NCBI GenBank assembly: GCA_029279925.1
Contig: JAJUHM010000001.1
Location: 1 to 62,547 of the forward strand
Direction of reading: 5' to 3'
DNA: 62,547 bases
Source of the DNA: Aquabacterium olei
Lineage (GTDB): Bacteria; Pseudomonadota; Gammaproteobacteria; Burkholderiales; Burkholderiaceae_C
Shown here: positions 60,915-62,547 of the stretch, one piece after another
Position numbering within the stretch: position 1 is the stretch's first letter
Layout of the letters: every line of letters starts with the position of its first letter
Made by a program: the position numbers and the translations under genes
The notes under the pieces: generated by a model
Database searches by the model: none
Told to the model about the DNA's origin: nothing
The model's input: only the letters and a program-made list of their open reading frames with translations

Positions 60915-61196
60915 ATGAGCATCGCCGAGACGATCAAGAGCACGCGCCTGGTTGGCGTCGACATGAACCTGAGCGGCGCATGGCGCTCGCTGGGGGTGTT
61001 CGACCTCGACAAGGGTGACATCGACGCCGTGCTGGACGGGGCCGAGGCTATCGTGCTCAACCAGGCTGTCGCCACCACCACGGGCACCGTGATCGGCAAG
61101 CTGCGCGTGACCGACGCCGCCGTAGACCACAAGCCGGTGCTGATGTACTGGTCGCACGAACGCAGCTGGGAGGTGGCTCGCCATGCGCGCGGATAA
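60915..61196 (+). CDS. Hypothetical early protein
   Basis: 93-aa ORF starting 1 nt after the previous stop. Confidence 0.65.
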   Translation: MSIAETIKSTRLVGVDMNLSGAWRSLGVFDLDKGDIDAVLDGAEAIVLNQAVATTTGTVIGKLRVTDAAVDHKPVLMYWSHERSWEVARHARG

Positions 61197-61359
61197 CCAG
61201 CACGACCAGGCGCAGACCTACCCCTGCCCGATCTGCATCAGCGAGCGTGTGGCCGCTGCGGATAAAGCCTGCCCCGTGTGCCAGGAGGCGTTCCGCCTGG
61301 TCGACGAGCAGGCGGACCAGGCCGTGCAACGCGTGGCCATCGGCCCGGCCGATATCTGA
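61183..61359 (+). CDS. 58-aa zinc-ribbon protein
   Basis: Below the ORF-track cutoff. Manual translation MRADNQHDQAQTYPCPICISERVAAADKACPVCQEAF...; GGAGGT RBS. Confidence 0.65.
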   Translation: MRADNQHDQAQTYPCPICISERVAAADKACPVCQEAFRLVDEQADQAVQRVAIGPADI

Positions 61360-61367
61360 GGCGCCCT

Positions 61368-61940
61368 ATGCCCATGCACCACCTCATCACAACAGCGTTT
61401 GCCGTGATCGCCGCGTTGATCGGCTGTTGTCTGACCGATGACGTTTTCACGCGCCTGGCTCTGATCGCCGGACCGGCCGGTGTGGCCGTGGTGCTGTGGG
61501 ACCTGCGGCGCAATCCGCACTGTGAGACGAAGACGATGAAACCTATCTACATCGCCCGCATGGGCAGCAGCGTTGCCGCTGTGCTGATCGCGTTGCGTGA
61601 GCGTAAGCCTGGCACCTTGCTCGAAACAGAAGAGGTTTGCAGGCTGATCGGGTGCGAGCCAGGCCGCGTGTGGACGCACTTGAAAGCGGCCGGAAATCGC
61701 GGCGTGCTGGATGTGTTCGTCGACCGGGGCAGCGTGCGAGTCGGCCTGGTCGAGGGGCTGACCGTCCGGGACGACCCAACACCGAACGGTGTGCTGCTGC
61801 AGGTGTATCGCACCGAAGACGAAAGCCTCATCGACTCGGCGCCGATGATCCAGCGCGTCGTGAGCGCGGCCGATGCTGCGCCGCTGCGTGTTGCTGCCCC
61901 GCGCAGCGTGTTCGAGCTGGGAGGCCGCGCCCATGGCTGA
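61368..61940 (+). CDS. Hypothetical protein: hydrophobic N-terminus + winged-helix-like region
   Basis: ATG 61368 with GAGG RBS; alternative internal ATG at 61536. Confidence 0.6.
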   Translation: MPMHHLITTAFAVIAALIGCCLTDDVFTRLALIAGPAGVAVVLWDLRRNPHCETKTMKPIYIARMGSSVAAVLIALRERKPGTLLETEEVCRLIGCEPGRVWTHLKAAGNRGVLDVFVDRGSVRVGLVEGLTVRDDPTPNGVLLQVYRTEDESLIDSAPMIQRVVSAADAAPLRVAAPRSVFELGGRAHG

Positions 61941-62403
61941 GAAGAGCCGCATCGAGCAGCTGCGTGCTGCCGACATCAAGATGATCAAGATGGGCCAGGC
62001 CGCGCTGCAACTCGACGACGACACGTACCGTGAGCTGCTGGCCCGGCTGTGCGATGGCAAGCGATCGGCCACGGCGCTGACGTACCAGGAACGCCAGAAA
62101 GTGATCGCGTACATGAAGCAGCGCGGGTTTGTCGTGAAGCGCCGCGCCGCGTCGGAGCGCGTGTGGGACGACACCATGAGCAAGCTGCGGGCGATCTGGT
62201 ATGCGCTGGCCGATGTCGGCGCCGTCAAGCGCCCCGGCAACACGACCGAGCTGGACATGGCCATCGAGGCATGGGCCCATCGCATGCAGCCTGAGATCAG
62301 CACGCTGCGCATGGCCAGCGGCTATCAGATGCAGCGGCTGATCGAAGCGGCGAAGCGCTGGGCGACGCGCGTGGGCGCGCCGACCGAGGATGAGCAGGCC
62401 TGA
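61933..62403 (+). CDS. gemA: GemA/gp16 (DUF1018) regulatory protein
   Basis: L-x-LDDDTYR-x-LL...KRSA-x-x-L...GF...KLRAIW...LIE-x-x-K-x-W. Confidence 0.82.
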   Translation: MAEKSRIEQLRAADIKMIKMGQAALQLDDDTYRELLARLCDGKRSATALTYQERQKVIAYMKQRGFVVKRRAASERVWDDTMSKLRAIWYALADVGAVKRPGNTTELDMAIEAWAHRMQPEISTLRMASGYQMQRLIEAAKRWATRVGAPTEDEQA

Positions 62404-62404
62404 C

Positions 62405-62547
62405 ATGAGCACGACGGCTGACGATCGCGACCCGGCCGAGCTGGTCAACATCGACCGGCTGCCGCCCATGCTGCGCCGGCTGTGCCGCGCCATGGGCAGC
62501 CGCAAGGCGTTTGAGCTGTGCAAGCACCGCGGTGGCGTGCCGCTGCA
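62405..62547 (+). CDS. Probable Mor/C-like transcription activator (partial)
   Basis: LPPMLRRLCRAMG...A-x-x-L-x-x-x-RGG N-terminus; follows gemA; cut by the window edge. Confidence 0.6.
   Translation, partial: MSTTADDRDPAELVNIDRLPPMLRRLCRAMGSRKAFELCKHRGGVPL

Larger units (their letters stand above)
43110..62547. mobile_element. B3/BcepMu-type transposable (Mu-like) prophage, continuing beyond the window
   Basis: DDE transposase and AAA ATPase, ner/repressor switch, gemA, Mu-type terminase/portal/MuF and lysis genes. The host gene breaks at a TG dinucleotide. Confidence 0.93.

Overview
High-GC betaproteobacterial (Burkholderiales-like) chromosome from 1 to ~43.1 kb, followed by a B3/BcepMu-type transposable (Mu-like) prophage from ~43,110 to past the window end. 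Host genes: frmA, a ktrB/ktrA-type K+ uptake pair, tyrB, three chemoreceptors (one with an in-frame TGA), fadD, yaeQ, a lysophospholipase, an AmpG-like MFS, an M48 peptidase, a MocR/DUF2917 pair, a mekRAB-like AraC + Baeyer-Villiger monooxygenase + esterase cassette, a hybrid kinase, a nine-gene yrbG-mrpABCDEFG-CPA1 antiporter operon, a 5'-nucleotidase + PEP-CTERM pair, a diguanylate cyclase, and a Fur-family/TonB-receptor/ABC-SBP metal-uptake locus whose SBP gene is cut by the phage. The prophage has a leftward arm (repressor, accessory genes, lysis, terminase, portal, MuF) and a rightward early arm (ner, transposase A, ATPase B, gemA, mor-like). Most notable: (1) the late arm stops right after MuF at what looks like a genuine transposon end, with no protease, capsid or tail genes in the window; (2) five small genes sit between portal and MuF, including a two-domain Gp49-family (candidate nucleotide-sponge) protein; (3) a RexAB-like DUF4747 + membrane-protein pair follows the repressor; (4) twin perfect 18-bp palindromes lie inside an early gene. 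All family calls are by-eye motif recognition, not database searches.
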